Positions 15,150 through 30,229 of a stretch of DNA of 64,000 bases are shown piece after piece. Position 1 is the stretch's first letter. Every line of letters starts with the position of its first letter. Source of the DNA: Eledone cirrhosa (taxonomy: Eukaryota); the NCBI GenBank assembly GCA_964016885.1, contig OZ024742.1:235662001-235726000 (forward strand), written 5' to 3'. Under the pieces are notes generated by a model that was given only the letters and a program-made list of their open reading frames with translations, was not told where the DNA came from and did no database searches. Position numbers and translations under genes: made by a program.

Positions 15150-15300
15150 GAAATAGCAACACAATCGGTACAGTATATGGAAGGAATATATTAGGTCAAC
15201 GCTTGAAATAGCAGGAAGAGAGGGTTTTGGCGTTTCGGATGCTAGTCCTTCATCAGAAAAAAGAATGAGAAATAAGATAGATTAAAGGGACGGGCAGGGG
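15150..15300 (-). mobile_element. PLE terminal (pLTR) fragment with minimal hammerhead-like motif at 15225-15260
   Basis: Homologous to 27150-27300 and 36345-36475; minus strand reads TTTT-CTGATGA-A-GGA-ctagca-TCC-GAAA-CGCC-AAAA. Confidence 0.7.
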
Positions 15301-15865
15301 TGTTGTTAGATCTCCATCGTCTCTCACGAGTGCTCCAGTTGTTTCAACAACCGGTTCCTGAAATGAACATGTAAATGGCAGAGCACTCCACAGACACGTG
15401 CACCTTTATGTTGCAGCGAACATTTTTATTCTAGTTCTTGTTCAGGACGAGCCAGCATACAGCTCTGTATGCAGATGAAGCTAATCGGCCCATGCATATA
15501 GGCGTCAAAACTATATGTTTGCACCTATATTGAGTTCCAGCAGAAAGCGAGATAAAGGGAAACATTACCTTGATAACGACCATCAGTCAAAAATGGCCGT
15601 CGGTGATTTCTTTCTTGCTTCTGCTGGAACCCACTACGAGGCTCCCCACCATCAGCTTCCAAAATTCATAGCTAAAGGCTTTCAAATGTTTATTCGTAAA
15701 CATACCGTATATCATTAGATATACAAAATACACATACTATTCTACGAAAATTATAAAACATTTACAGAACTTCAGTATATACAATGTTTGTAACATTTTT
15801 CTTTGGAGCATATATGAAGGGTTTGTAGGGTCTTCCTAGTCTGGAATACGTGTACTACATACAAT

Positions 15866-16060
15866 CGTCTGACTGTACTGGAGCGTTTGCTCTTTCGCCT
15901 TTTGTGGAAGCGACGCTCTCCAATGGCTAGGCGGTCCATCTGCTGTCAACATCTGCTACGCGGAGGACTGGGCATGCCGTGGGAAATGATGCGTTGAGAT
16001 TACGACATCTCTAGATTTTCCGAGACGTTGAACATGCGTTGTCACCTTTCGCTAGGGTCG
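15866..16060 (+). pseudogene. L1/Tx1-type LINE ORF2 fragment (post-RT region)
   Basis: Manual translation LERLLFRLLWKRRSPMARRSICCQHLLRGGLGMPW matches the F.F.W...GGLG.P motif of L1/Tx1 ORF2. Confidence 0.6.
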
Positions 16061-16197
16061 TTTTTCCTCAGCTCGGCCCTTTGTCAAATTGTGAAGCGGT
16101 ATATGTATATGTACAAAATATTTTTTTGACTAAGTGATAGATTTCCTTACTCTGGAGTTTCACCGCCTGTGTACTCACAGAATCACCAGGCAAGATG

Positions 16198-16250
<53 letters not shown>

Positions 16251-16464
16251 TATATATGTATATATCTATATATATATATATATGTAAATATGATAATAAT
16301 GGAGCTGCGGCGCTACAAATGGGTTACATATGAAAAAGTTTGTCCTCATCAGTGGCCTTCCAACCGTCGTAGGCATTTCGTCGCATTAAAGGCCATATAC
16401 CTCAGGTTGGTGCGAGCAACGGGTAAAAAAAGTCGTTGGGACACGTAAATAAAGGGGACGCTAG

Positions 16465-16504
<40 letters not shown>

Positions 16505-16539
16505 TATACACACACACACACATATATATATATGTGTGT

Positions 16540-16620
<81 letters not shown>

Positions 16621-16621
16621 T

Positions 16622-16659
<38 letters not shown>

Positions 16660-16664
16660 TTTAA

Positions 16665-16765
16665 TTCGTTTTTCAAGATTTTTTATCTGAAAACGTGTAT
16701 TGAGGCAGAGATTGTTATACTTTGGGAGGGTCATGCTGCCAATAAAAACACACGCACCTGTTGTT
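16665..16765. repeat. (TA)n-embedded dispersed repeat family; other copies/fragments at ~33505-33560, 36890-37235, 38055-38085, 49447-49597
   Basis: Shared ATTGTTATACTTTGGGAGGGTCATGCTGCCAATAAAAACACACGC block in both orientations, consistently beside (TA)n or AT-rich tracts. Confidence 0.8.
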
Positions 16766-16787
16766 TGTATGTATATATGTATACATA

Positions 16788-16945
<158 letters not shown>

Positions 16946-17238
16946 ACATTTGTCAACCAATTACTGCTTCCTAAAACTGCTTGGCTGAAACCATAGTGAA
17001 ACTAAATGTTGTCCTGCGATTTGTGATTTACTGCTACTGTCCTGTACTGTCTTCGGATAATCCTCTTCTTTATGACATTTAGGCCCTATATCATCTCAGC
17101 CTATCCGTTTCCTTGGTAAATTACTCCCATCGCTCAACATCCAACCTTCTTATTTTATTGCCTCACTTAAAGATCGCTGTAGAGTTTACCTTTCAGATTT
17201 TTAACGCCCATTTCTCTCTCTCTCCCTTTTTCTTTCTT

Positions 17239-17306
<68 letters not shown>

Positions 17307-18440
17307 TCACACATACCATTCCTCCTTCTCTTTCCAACATTTCTTTCCTTCACTCTTTCTCTCTCTGTTTCACCACACACTATGGCCATTAAGTTTAACG
17401 CCCAAAGAACATTCTATCACCCCCTCCCTGTAGATTCACCGTACGCAGCAAATTTGTTTTTTTATATATCGGTCTTTTATTTTCATCCTCATTTCCTGCA
17501 CCTCTCTATTTAGTCTTCTTAATTCCTTACATTCACCGTCCCTAACCCTAACTAGAACTCAGTACATTACAGTAATTTCCTCATTTTAACCCCTCCCCTC
17601 TTTTTGAATTTTCTTTTCCTATATGTAACCCCCTCAAAATTCTAATCTTCAGAGACCAGACACTTCTTCATCCATTGAAAGTCCCTCACTTCAGACTATC
17701 AGCCTTCTTTGGGGCATTAGCGTGAAGGAGAAAAGTTGGGTGGTCCACAATGATTTAAGAGATGTCTGCTTTTGGATGTGGCTAGCGGCCATTACCGAAA
17801 GAAAGGAAGATCGAAAATAAAAGACCAAGTCCTGTGATGATAAGGTGAAGGTAAAAAGGAGAATGGGTTGGTGCCAGATAATTGGACACCGAAATCACTC
17901 GATCCACCCTCTCCAAAACTCATCCTTTCTACCCCTACAAACCCTGCCTTTCCATCCACCACAACCTTTCCTTTCCAATCCTACAAAAACACTTCCATTT
18001 GCCCCCGTGTCAATGTATCTTCCAGTATTTTATCATCTTTACGTTGTTTTGTCGGTTAAAAGAGAAAATCTAACAGAAGTAAAGAAAATTTCAAGGAACT
18101 GGAAGGAATATCACTATGGACTTAGTCACAAGATGCCACATACGTCTTAATGTATAAAAGTAAATGTATGTATGTAAGTATGTATGCATGTATCTATGTA
18201 TGTATGTTCTGGTTTTATAATTTCACTATGTATGTATGTATGTATGTATGTATGTATGTATGTATGTATGTATGTATGTATGTATGTATGTATGTATGTA
18301 TGTATGTATGTATGTATGTATGTATGTATGTATGTATGTTCTTCTGGTTTTATAATTTCACTATGTATGTATGTATGTATGTATGTATGTATGTATGTAT
18401 GTATGTATGTATGTATGTATGTATGTATGTATGTATGTAT

Positions 18441-20255
18441 GTTCTTCTGGTTTTATAATTTCACACATTTTTGTCAATACAGAGAGAGTCAGTTTCTAAC
18501 ATAGTTACAAGACTCTCCCATTGGCATTTACACAACATCACCTAGGTAATGTATGTCTGCATGCATGCATGTGTGTGCAGGTATGGATGTTATTGCGTGT
18601 GTGGATGTGGATGTTTTGAGTTGTATGTGTGCATGTGCATATGCTTTGTATCTGTACATGTGTATATGCAGTTATTAGATGCAGACATTTTGGAATGTTT
18701 TACATATTTTTACTGTTCCATTAATGGATTGTACTTGTAATTTCCTAACTAGTTGTGTTCTTTCTGTTTCTGTGAAGCTCAGCTTCTCAAGATTTGTATT
18801 GAGGCAGTTACTAACATATCCCAGTGCCCCAATAATCACAGGTATAATCTGAAGGTGTAATCAGGGTGGAGTATCTGCAGATTCCTCATTAGTTCTGCAT
18901 AAATATTCTCCTTTTCGCTAATCTTTAATATTATATTGGCATCTGCTGGGCAGCTAATTTCCACTACTGTGCATGCCTTTTTCCCCCTGTCCCATATCAT
19001 AATATCTGGTCTGTTATGCCTGCATTCTATTGGGTTTTTTACTGGAACACTACACCAGTACTCTTTCATATGTATATGTATGTCTTCCACATTGCTGTAG
19101 CTTTTAATGTATCGGGACTATCTTTTCTACGGATTGCATTGTACAGTATTTTGACCACTACATCATGCCTCATAGGTAGATAGTACCGCGATGACATCTT
19201 TGGACAGCTGCTTATGACATGGGTGACATCTTCGATGTTAATTCTGCAGAGTCTGCACTTGTCACATCTAAGTGTTTTGCTTGCATCTCTATTTCTTTTG
19301 TGAATTAGGTATTTCGTGTTGATTTCCTGTTCTTGGATTGCAAAAGCGTATCCTTCAAAGGGGGAGCCAATATAGCGTTTGTTGGTCCAAGATAGACTAC
19401 TTTGTTTATTTATATTACTCTCACCCTGGAGCTTCCTGGCACCATATCCATGAATGATTTTTTTTGCTGATAAGCATGCAGTTTTTCATCCATGGATTCA
19501 CTGCGGTACTGCTGGGCAACTTCCCTGGGTATGAGATTTTGATTATCACGCAGGGAATATCTTTCAAGGAGTTCCTTCCCAACTCTCATGATCTTATCTG
19601 TCTCATGCAGATAGACTTGCTCGATAGACGGGCTCCTACGCTTCGAGGTTCGTAAATGTTGTCGGAGGGATATGATGCGACATTCAAATGCTGTCTGGAC
19701 CGATGCTAGGCCTCTGCCTTCCTGCTTACGTTTCAAGTAGAGGCGGTCTATGTCACTGTTGATGTGGAAGTTTCTGGTGTTGTTTAGTATTTTTCGAGTC
19801 CTAACATCAATTGCTCGGATTTCGTCTATTGAGTATTCCAAAAGTTGGTGTTAGGACAGGCACAGCAAACATTGTGAGCCACTGTTTTTTTGTGTGCAGA
19901 GAGTTCCGATGACCATATTTTTCTTAATCGTGTGTAATGTTCCCTGAATACCCGTTCCTTGTTATAGATACCTTCATAGGATATATTCTCATCTATCCCT
20001 AGGTATCTGTAGCAGTCCTCATCAGATATCGGTGAAACAGTTGGGCCATTGATAGGGATATTGTTAGATTAGCTTGTAATTTTTCCCCCGTTTTACAATC
20101 ATATATGAACATTTATCCTGGCCAAACTCCATTCCTATATCCTTTGAGAACGTTGTAACCAGCTCAAGATTTTTCTTCATACCATTTATGTTTTGGCATA
20201 GAGTTTCAGGTCCTCCACAAAGAAATTATGCGTAAGATTCATATTTCTGTCCTAT
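18441..20255 (-). mobile_element. 5'-truncated, frameshifted non-LTR retrotransposon with restriction-like endonuclease (R4/Dong-like)
   Basis: Minus-strand motifs in order: THNFFVEDLKLYAK (RT motif C, degenerate), FSKDIGMEFGQDKCS, YRYLGIDE, DRLYLKRKQEGRGL, EGYAFAIQEQEINTKY, CCHC knuckle CRLCRINIEDVTHVISSC, RHD, and PD-(D/E)xK nuclease NRPDIMIWDRGKKACTVVEISCP..K..EK...Y. Confidence 0.9.
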
Positions 20256-21147
20256 ATGTTGTACTTAGGCTGCGGAAATCTGCACAGAGACCTATTTTCA
20301 AGTTGAAAGTCACAGGTTGTGTGAATGTTTCTCCATTCTTTTCTTTTTAACTACAACATCAAAAAAATAATGCACTAGACACTGGGGAAAAAAAAATAAC
20401 ATTACTTAGAACAAATATTTAATTTAGAGTAATTATGTAAATTAGTACAGTATTTAAAAAAAAAAAAATTCGAGGAATTTATTTGTAAATTTTTACTCAG
20501 ATGTACCGTATTTTCTCGTTTTATAAACGAGAAAATTTGAACTATAACTAAGAGGAAAAAACGGGTCGATCGCATAATTTACGTGTGCATGTTTTCAGAA
20601 ATGTTTACAGCGCTTAAAAATAGTCATTTAATAAATAATAAAGTCATATCAAACAGAAAAGTATCAACACTTTAAAAAAAAATTACTCGAAACACATTAT
20701 ATCAAGTTATGCAAAATTGAATATTGTAGAGAAATATATGTATGACATCGGGATTTTGATCGATCACATGGTAAAAGTTTACACAAGGATTAACATATTC
20801 AAGTTATTATTTTTTAACTTCAGAGAAAGGGGTTTTACAATCGTGGGGCTAACATTCTAGCCACTAGGCTACGTATTTTCACTGTAACTACTTTAAGTAT
20901 TAATAAAACTGAGCAAGGTTGGATACATTGCTGATAGATTTATAAGCAAAGTCTAAGATAAGTTATTATTATATTTATAACTAATTTCATCTTCAGAATA
21001 TACTGTAGATATATCCACAATGGTTCGATCATCATCAGATGATCAACGCTGTTAACTTTTTACCTTTCAAGGATTTATAAGCCCAACTTTCTAGACTACA
21101 TTTCATCGTCAAAAACATGTGTTGAGGCTGTTAACTTTAAATTCAAA

Positions 21148-21241
<94 letters not shown>

Positions 21242-21274
21242 TATTATCAGCCACACCTTAAATAGGTCAATACC

Positions 21275-21355
<81 letters not shown>

Positions 21356-21549
21356 ACTTCGATTCCTCTTAATATCTTAATATATATATATGTAGTGAAA
21401 TCTGCCCGCGCCTTGAACCTTGGGTGACACCTAAAGGTCAAATTCTAGGTCACCACCCTTTTGGTGTGAACAGGTTGATGCGTTGTCTATCCCCTCAAGG
21501 TGGGAGACAGGAAGCGACAGGTATATAAAGCCTTTATCATCACACGTTT

Positions 21550-22010
21550 ATAATAATAATGAAATTATTGTGTACAGTGCTCAGGTGCACTACAACTCAT
21601 CAAAGGTGCTTGTATAGTACATAGAATAATATACAAATGTCAGGAAATTGAACAGTGTACGAGTCATGAAATACATGTGCGCATGTGTATGGAGGGGGCG
21701 GGGGACATCAGGTGTAGTGTTGGCGAGTTTCAGAAGCATGGAGGTTTTAAAGGATGCAGTGTCTTGACAGCTAACAACTGATGCAGGTAGGTTGTTCCAT
21801 GGAGGTTTTAAAGGATGCAGTGTCTTGACAGCTAATAACTGATACAGGTAGTTTGTTCCATGCTTCAGCAACTCTGAGCATGAAAAGATGTTTCCGAAAG
21901 TCATGGTAGCTGTGCTATTTTCTAACTTTGTAGGCATGCCCACATGTGTTAGACACATGGAATTATAAAAGGTGCTCAGGGTTGTTGTTGGCAAGATGGT
22001 TAATAATTTT
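21550..22010 (-). mobile_element. CR1/Jockey-group LINE 3' fragment with (TTA)n tail and internal 61-bp duplication
   Basis: Translation WNNLPASVVSCQDTASFKTSM fits the WN.LP..VV.....FK C-terminal motif; block GGAGGTTTTAAAGGATGCAGTGTCTTGACAGCTAA repeated at 21740 and 21801. Confidence 0.75.
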
Positions 22011-22237
22011 GTAGAAGTGTTGTGTTGGGTATTAGTTATGTAGAAGTGTTGTGTTGTGTTATTTAATTGGGCCTTAATAATATAAAGCAGGGTTTCCCAA
22101 CCTGGACAACATCATCCACCAGTGGGCGATGAGCAATTGGAAATTTTGGTGGACAATATAGGATTTTGAGTATTAAGAAAGTATTTCAACATATGCTACC
22201 CATAAGAAAATATTCAAAGGAGACATTACACAGAGTC

Positions 22238-22480
22238 ATCGGAGCACTCCACTACAGAACAAGCTATGTGAAAGATTCACCACTATCAACAGACCCCAGT
22301 GGTCTACAGAGATACATATAGATCGGAGCTCTACGATACACAACAAACTATGTAAAGATTCACCGCTATCAACAGACCCTAGAGGTCTACAGAGATACAG
22401 AGAGATCGGAGCCCTACTACTACAGACCCGCTATGTGAAAGATACACCGCTATGTACAAGCCACAGTGGTCTACAATCAA
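22238..22480. repeat. Diverged 84-bp tandem repeat, about 2.8 copies
   Basis: ATCGGAGC at 22238, 22322, 22406; each unit carries CTATGT..AAAGAT.CACC.CTAT...GGTCTACA. Confidence 0.8.
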
Positions 22481-22807
22481 TTACAGACTATTACTCTCTC
22501 ACTCACTATGGTCTCAGAATTACTAACACGGACACCAACAACAACAACAATATTATCTGTTCGCTCGCTGTTTTCACACCAACAACAGTCAACTACTACA
22601 GACTACAACAAACTACAACAGCCTCATGAACCAACAACAAAAATAACATTGTCAACCTTCTCAACTCTTGGTAACTGTTTTATTGTACTTTTTGATTGAA
22701 GTGAAGTAAACCATATATAAACTAAAATCATTTATTCTTATTATTCATGTTATTCTATCCAATAATCATGTTAATCCATCTAACTAATTCTTACATATAC
22801 CCTTTGT

Positions 22808-22860
<53 letters not shown>

Positions 22861-22863
<3 letters not shown>

Positions 22864-23133
22864 TGAATGAAATATATCCATACACACTTAAGTGTGCATT
22901 AAGATACATCAAAACTTAAAACGAGAGACAATCTGTACTAAATGTAAGATTACAAAATTGGTTGAGTATCTTATTAAATTTAATAAAAAATACCTGATCG
23001 TTATCGGGTTTTAATTTTTTATTTAATTTAATAAGATACTCAACGAATTATGTAATCTTACATTTAATACAGATTGTCTCTAGTTTTAAGTTTTGATGTA
23101 TCTTATGTATGTATGGATATATTCCATTCACTT
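22861..23133. repeat. Fold-back inverted repeat (~130-bp arms) next to (TA)n
   Basis: AAGTGAATG.AATATATCCATAC...GTTGAGTATCTTATTAAAT is mirrored by ATTTAATAAGATACTCAAC...GTATGGATATATT.CATTCACTT. Confidence 0.9.
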
Positions 23134-23257
23134 TCTTATAATGATTAAGGCTCGATTTTATTCTCTGAATTCTATCTTGAGCTATTTTTAGGGACAAGAC
23201 ATATGTTTGATTTTGTATCATTCATGACTTTAATTTCAATGTAATAATAATAATAAT

Positions 23258-23420
23258 AATTGTTTCTACTTTAGGCACAAGGACAGCAATTGCCCAGTGC
23301 ATTACTGGTACTTTATTTTATCGACCCCGTAAGGATGAAAGGCAAAGTCAACCTCGGCGGGATTTGAACTCAGATCGTAAAGGGACGTAACTATGCTGGA
23401 AAGCATGGCGTCCGACTCTC
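23258..23420 (-). mobile_element. Full-length SINE family A copy inserted in (TAA)n
   Basis: Pol III A-box TGGCAGTATCGG and B-box GAGTTCAAATCC followed by the family core; (TAA)n on both sides. Confidence 0.9.
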
Positions 23421-23441
23421 TACCGATACTGCCAATCCACC

Positions 23442-23507
<66 letters not shown>

Positions 23508-23629
23508 TAATAATAATATATATATATATATATATAATGTTTTCTTTATTAACCACAAGGGTTTACATAAAGTAGACATTAAGGACAGTACAGGACAATA
23601 CAGGACGGCACAAATGGGCATATATATAT

Positions 23630-24100
23630 ATATAATAATAATAAATGTGAAGACTAAAATCCAAGGAGGGCTCGATAAGGATAAATATATATCAAATATA
23701 TAAGAACCCTAGAGCAAATATTTATCAAAATAACAGATTAAAGTTTAAGCAAAGAATCGCTGCTTTCACCCTTAACGGGTTCTTCTGAAACTTAGAAAAT
23801 AAATCTGTGAACGCAGAAGTAAATATTTGAAAAAAAACGTTGCATCCGAAGGAAAACAGGAAGACGATACTTTGGTTCGTGAAGACGTTCCCTGGCAATG
23901 AACGGGAAAAGAAACGAAGATAATACGTCGTTATGTGGAGCGAGGAGAACACATACACACAAAGACAAAACGACGTTTATGGTATAAATGGAGTCGTAGA
24001 CTAATATTCTATTTAGGAAACCAAATGATTCTCGGCTTCGGAGTTAGGAATAATGTAAATAAATTAGTAGAACGAAAATGACAGAGGTTATTAAAATCAT
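23630..24100 (-). repeat. Probable 3' terminus/pLTR of the PLE at 24790-25932; homologous copy at 41070-41230
   Basis: ~160-bp block (AATAAATGTGAA.ACTAAA.TCC...GCTTTCACCCTTAACGGG.TCTTCTGAAACT) present twice, both beside (TA)n; lies downstream of the PLE frame. Confidence 0.5.
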
Positions 24101-24789
24101 AAAAGAAATAATAATTAAATATATACATACACAAGGGCGGTGCCCCAGCATGGCCTCAGCCGGATGGCTGAAACAGGTAAAAGAGTAAAAGAGTATACAC
24201 ACATCTATATACGCATATACACGTGTATACGCGAAAACACCCGCCATGCATGCATATACATGCACGTACACATAAACACGTGCACGCGTACATAATGTAT
24301 CCGCGCGACACATGTACCCGCACACATACGAACGTATACACCAAATACACATAAAATTTATATATATATATATGTGTGTGTATATACATATAATTATATA
24401 AACGTATATAAATATACACACATTAATACGCATATAACGCACGCACACACATACCTACAGGTAAATACACATATGTTCACAAACGTACGTATACCAAAAC
24501 TCAATGTACATATATATACACCTTACATATGTGCAAAGACGCAAACACGCGTACACACACAAACACAAAATACACATATACACATAACCAGACACACATA
24601 TACCAGTATATATAATATAATATATATACCTATAACAAATACAAGCATATATACGTACGAGAAAGTATACGTACCTCCACAAAACATACGGGTAAGGTAT
24701 ACGGGTAAGGTATACTTACCTATACAAATAAGTAATGGTATAAACATAAAATATACTTAGCTACCACATCAAGACATAAATTATTCACG

Positions 24790-25931
24790 TATTGTTCGTA
24801 CTATCCGTTAGGGTATAAAGTGGGGCTGTAATACAGGAAAGTTTTATGGAATTTGTGTTTACAAGCCGAAATTGCCTCAGATTTTTTGTTTAAGATGGTC
24901 ATTGGCGTAGAGTATTTCCAGGGCTTCAGCGGCGCAAAGATCGCATGGTATTTTATTTCCGTTATACGATCTAGCTTTAGCTAGGATCTCCCAGTGTAAC
25001 CTATATTGGGTGTGGTTGTCTTTTAGACTCCAGATATAAGCTGAAAGTGACGTCATATTCCTTCTTAAAGGGTTAAGAAAAGAATGGGTGTGCATGTAAA
25101 GATGCTGCTTGAATCTATTGGCGGTTAACCCTATGTAGGCCCTAGTAGTCGTGGGTGTTCCGACCTTACATTTGTAGACAATGTTACTGGAGAGGCATTT
25201 CCCGGATAGAGGGCAGTCAACCCGATTCCTACAATTACAGTTAGTACTAGCTACAGGGTTGCACGTGTTCCTACGGCTAGGTAATTTAGCTAAATTTGAA
25301 GCAGTGTGCAAAGTTAGGAGTCGTAGAGTAAGATATTTTAATGGTATTTCTATTAAAATTTTTATTATATTTATGTGCTGAGGGGAAATGCTTCTTAATA
25401 AGGGAGAGAAAGATCTTAGCTAATGGTGTGGCCACCTCCATATTATATGGTGGGTTATACCATATAATGCGTCGGGATCTATTTTTCCTACGTTTATGCT
25501 CATACTTAGTATCGAGAAATCCACTCCGAGTAAGAGCTTCATTGTAATATGTGGAATGGTCGGTGGAAATATGCTCGTTTGTAGATAGACGGGAAAGCAT
25601 CAAAGAAACGTTTCTTACCAGGTTCTTGGTTATGCTGGCAGGATGGTTAGAATGCTTACTGATGTAATTAAGCGTATCATTCGGCTTTCTATATGGGTAG
25701 TGCAAGCCATTCGACAAATTGAGGGTAACGTCGAGGTAGTTTACAACCGAGAGGTTGGCCTCAACCTGTATGGAGAGGTTGAAGGGGACCGCACTTTGTC
25801 ATGGTCAAAAGACCGTCATCGCGGTACAAACCACCGTCCACATTGGGGAATTCTTCCTTGATAGAGAAAAGAAGGAAAAGGTCGATAAGATCTGTAATCT
25901 CCACCGAATCACTGGCGCCCATACTCACGTC

Positions 25932-25932
<1 letters not shown>
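24790..25932 (-). mobile_element. Penelope-like element, RT + C-terminal GIY-YIG, 5'-truncated, frameshifted and internally deleted
   Basis: MGASDSVEITDL and GGLYRDDGL (YRDD at 25815-25826); YISKHSNHP; IIWYNPPY; CNCRNRVDCPLSGKC..NIVYKC...AYIGLT; CDLCAAE; abuts (TA)n at 25935. Confidence 0.9.
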
Positions 25933-25970
<38 letters not shown>

Positions 25971-26176
25971 GAGGAATCGAAGTCATTGTTGCAGCATATG
26001 TACAAACTTTACAGACATGTTACAATTGTTTCGATATCGATCAGCTCAGGGTACAATCAAGAACGGTTTAAGATATGGACGGGAGGAAGTCAATGAACTC
26101 GTCACACATTATACCGTAAAGTTATTTTGTCCGATGTTCTAACAATTCTGCCAATTCGCCGTACTATATCTATCTA

Positions 26177-26270
<94 letters not shown>

Positions 26271-26290
26271 CACACATATATATATATATG

Positions 26291-26348
<58 letters not shown>

Positions 26349-27028
26349 TAAGTTTCAAGAACAGTCAGACAAAATATATCCAATTCTTTTCCTCCTTAGT
26401 TCGTACAAATGAACTAGATAAATAATCATTTAAACGGAGCTAAGTTTAAAATGTAAATTTGAAGAAATAACAGATAAATGTCACAGACTTTCCTCCGTGA
26501 GGAACAGTCAGCTAAAATTTACCTAATCTTTCCTCTTCGTCCGTAGAAATTAACTAGACAAATAATCAATTGAAGAAAAAATGTAGATATACTTTACCAA
26601 AGTTCTTCTAGTCCCGACTATCGATATTTTCGCTCGTACTATGTCTAATCCTAGCATTATCAATGAGGCTTCGAGCTTTTCAAGAGACTCCCTCAGTTAG
26701 GACTAAAGTTTCTAAAGTGATCGCCGCCAGTAACGAATTCAAAAAGAGTGAAAAACATCACGTGGCTAGCGGTCAAAGTAGAAGGGTTGTGAAGGTAGGC
26801 CGGATGGTGAGTAGGTTCGTTGCTAGAAGAAGCAGTTAGTTACCGCCTAAGGTTTACGCAACCGAAAGGGAGTATAGAATAAATTCATAAGGACTTATAT
26901 GTATATATTTAGACATAGTCACAGATACATATATGAGTGTGGCTACCTTCGACGGTGTTGCTCTATGAAAAAATTAATTAAGCAAATAATTATTGATCAA
27001 AGCTATATAAAATTATATATATATATAT

Positions 27029-27995
<967 letters not shown>

Positions 27996-28999
27996 AAACC
28001 TGACGGAGTTCATTCTTCTCCAGGTCTGAACACAGGATGACTGAGCGAAAGGAAATGGAAAAATCGGCCCCAGTATTACACTTGTATTTTATCCATCTCG
28101 AAATAATGAAAGTTGACCTCGGCATGATTTTGAACTGAGAACGCGGTGATCCAGAACAAATACAGAGGTATTCCATTCGACACACTAACGACTCTACCAA
28201 ACTGTTACCTTACAAACACAAGAACAATTATAAAAATATTTGTAAATTTTATGACAAAACACGTTAGAGAAATATATCTCACGTCCCACTAAGTTACTAA
28301 GTTACGAAGTACTAATAGACATTTATCTAAAGATATAGATAACAGAAAATATGTATGTTCATGAATATATTCATATCCCCAAACATAAAAACCACACCCA
28401 AAGATAACACCATTCTAAGGCAAATTCCTTGTTAAAAATTCCTCCTACACATAAAGAACTTTAGCAAAACATCCTTTAATTCCTTAAACACTAGTTTCTC
28501 GCATGTGAAGGTACGTGGCTTCGCGGTTAGGGTGTTGGGCTCCCAATCAGTATCGGTGCTACAATGAAAGCCAACTAGGCAGTCGCGTAGTCCTGCGATC
28601 AATGTATAAATCACTAAGCATCTTTGCCGCGTAGTAGAGTTGCGGAAATATCCAAAATGGTAGTATGGTGTTATGATCTGTCACATGATTTAATGTAGGT
28701 GAATGTGGGCTGTGTAGTGAAAAAAGCCAGCTTAGTAATTTTTTTAGTGTGGTCAAAGCAAGAAGTGTAAGACATACTCGTCCGCTTACTAAACTGTAAG
28801 TTGAAATGTGTGTGTGTGTGTGTGATTATATGCGTGTGTATTACTAATGGGAGTGTATGTGTGACAATGATTATTCTCATACATATACATGTTTTTCTGA
28901 AGAAGGCAAGTGTAAAGTCATTACTATTATATCAGACATTATTGACTACGATGTAGATCTAAACAACGTGTGACGTATGTTATTAAATATAACTAAAAC

Positions 29000-29075
<76 letters not shown>

Positions 29076-29076
<1 letters not shown>

Positions 29077-29356
29077 AAAAGAGTCAGGACCCCGACGGCT
29101 GAGCTCCGGCCGTTTCGACAGCTCGATCCGAATTAACCCACCAGTATTAGGACGGCAGGGACCTAGCTGAACTTATCAAGGGGCACAGTCAAAACAAAAA
29201 AAGGAGAAGTATCAAATCAAACAATCCTAAGAATTTGTCGTTTTCTTGTCTGCCACGGGGAGTGGTCAATGATTTTGGGATGTCATGTACATGGTTAAAT
29301 TCCTTCATGGCGGCGGGGCGTTATGGTCCACCTGGTTCCTTACCACACTTTCTTTG

Positions 29357-29360
<4 letters not shown>
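29076..29360. repeat. (TA)n-flanked dispersed repeat; partial homolog at 42565-42690
   Basis: Shared GAGCTCAGCCGTCGGGGTCCT (opposite strands) and GCGTTATGGTCCA.CTGGTTCCTTACCACACTT blocks. Confidence 0.65.
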
Positions 29361-29398
<38 letters not shown>

Positions 29399-29672
29399 CA
29401 TCAAGGTCTAGCAAATAGAGAAAAGGTTTTAAAATAAATTAAAAAAAATTCGCAGTACTTACTATATGTGCCTTTACCGCGGTTTCATACTCCAGAATAA
29501 ACAGAAAATCCAAGCGGATTTCTATTGAGAAGGGAGCAATCTTCAGAAGGCTCTTCTCCCTCGGAGAATATAAAATTCCCGAGTTCAAATCACAAACTGA
29601 CGCCATACAAAACCATTCCGAAATGAGAATGAATGATGAAAGAAATAATTCTGTCTGGTGCCGCGTGCAAAG

Positions 29673-29771
<99 letters not shown>

Positions 29772-29942
29772 TGTATGTATGTATGTATGTATGTATGTAT
29801 GTATGTATGTATGCATGTATAGTTCGAGGAAACAACAAAGATACAAAAAATCTTATTAGTTTCACGCTTTATATGGAAAAGGGGAAAGAAAGTTTGACGT
29901 GTCGGGCTTTAGCCCTTCTTCAGGAGTAATGAAATAGATACA

Positions 29943-30013
<71 letters not shown>

Positions 30014-30229
30014 GTAGTCATCCCAACGTAAATAACAATAATAATCGATCACTATAAATAATAGTTGAGAAAAACGAGTAAAGTACCTCTGAAGACGGAA
30101 ATAAGTGAACAGAGGCGCATGCGAGGTATCGAAGCCCGTATCTCTTGGATAGTGGGTGAGTGCGTTAACTATTACGCTAAGAACTCCCGAGCCACATATG
30201 TCTGTCTTTTAGACACATCTGTAAATATA

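Noticed and set aside
17539-17552. CCCTAACCCTAA telomeric repeat
   Set aside because: Only two units; insufficient for an interstitial telomere call.
23340-23420. Functional tRNA genes
   Set aside because: A/B boxes belong to SINE heads fused to a repeated core; no cloverleaf could be formed.
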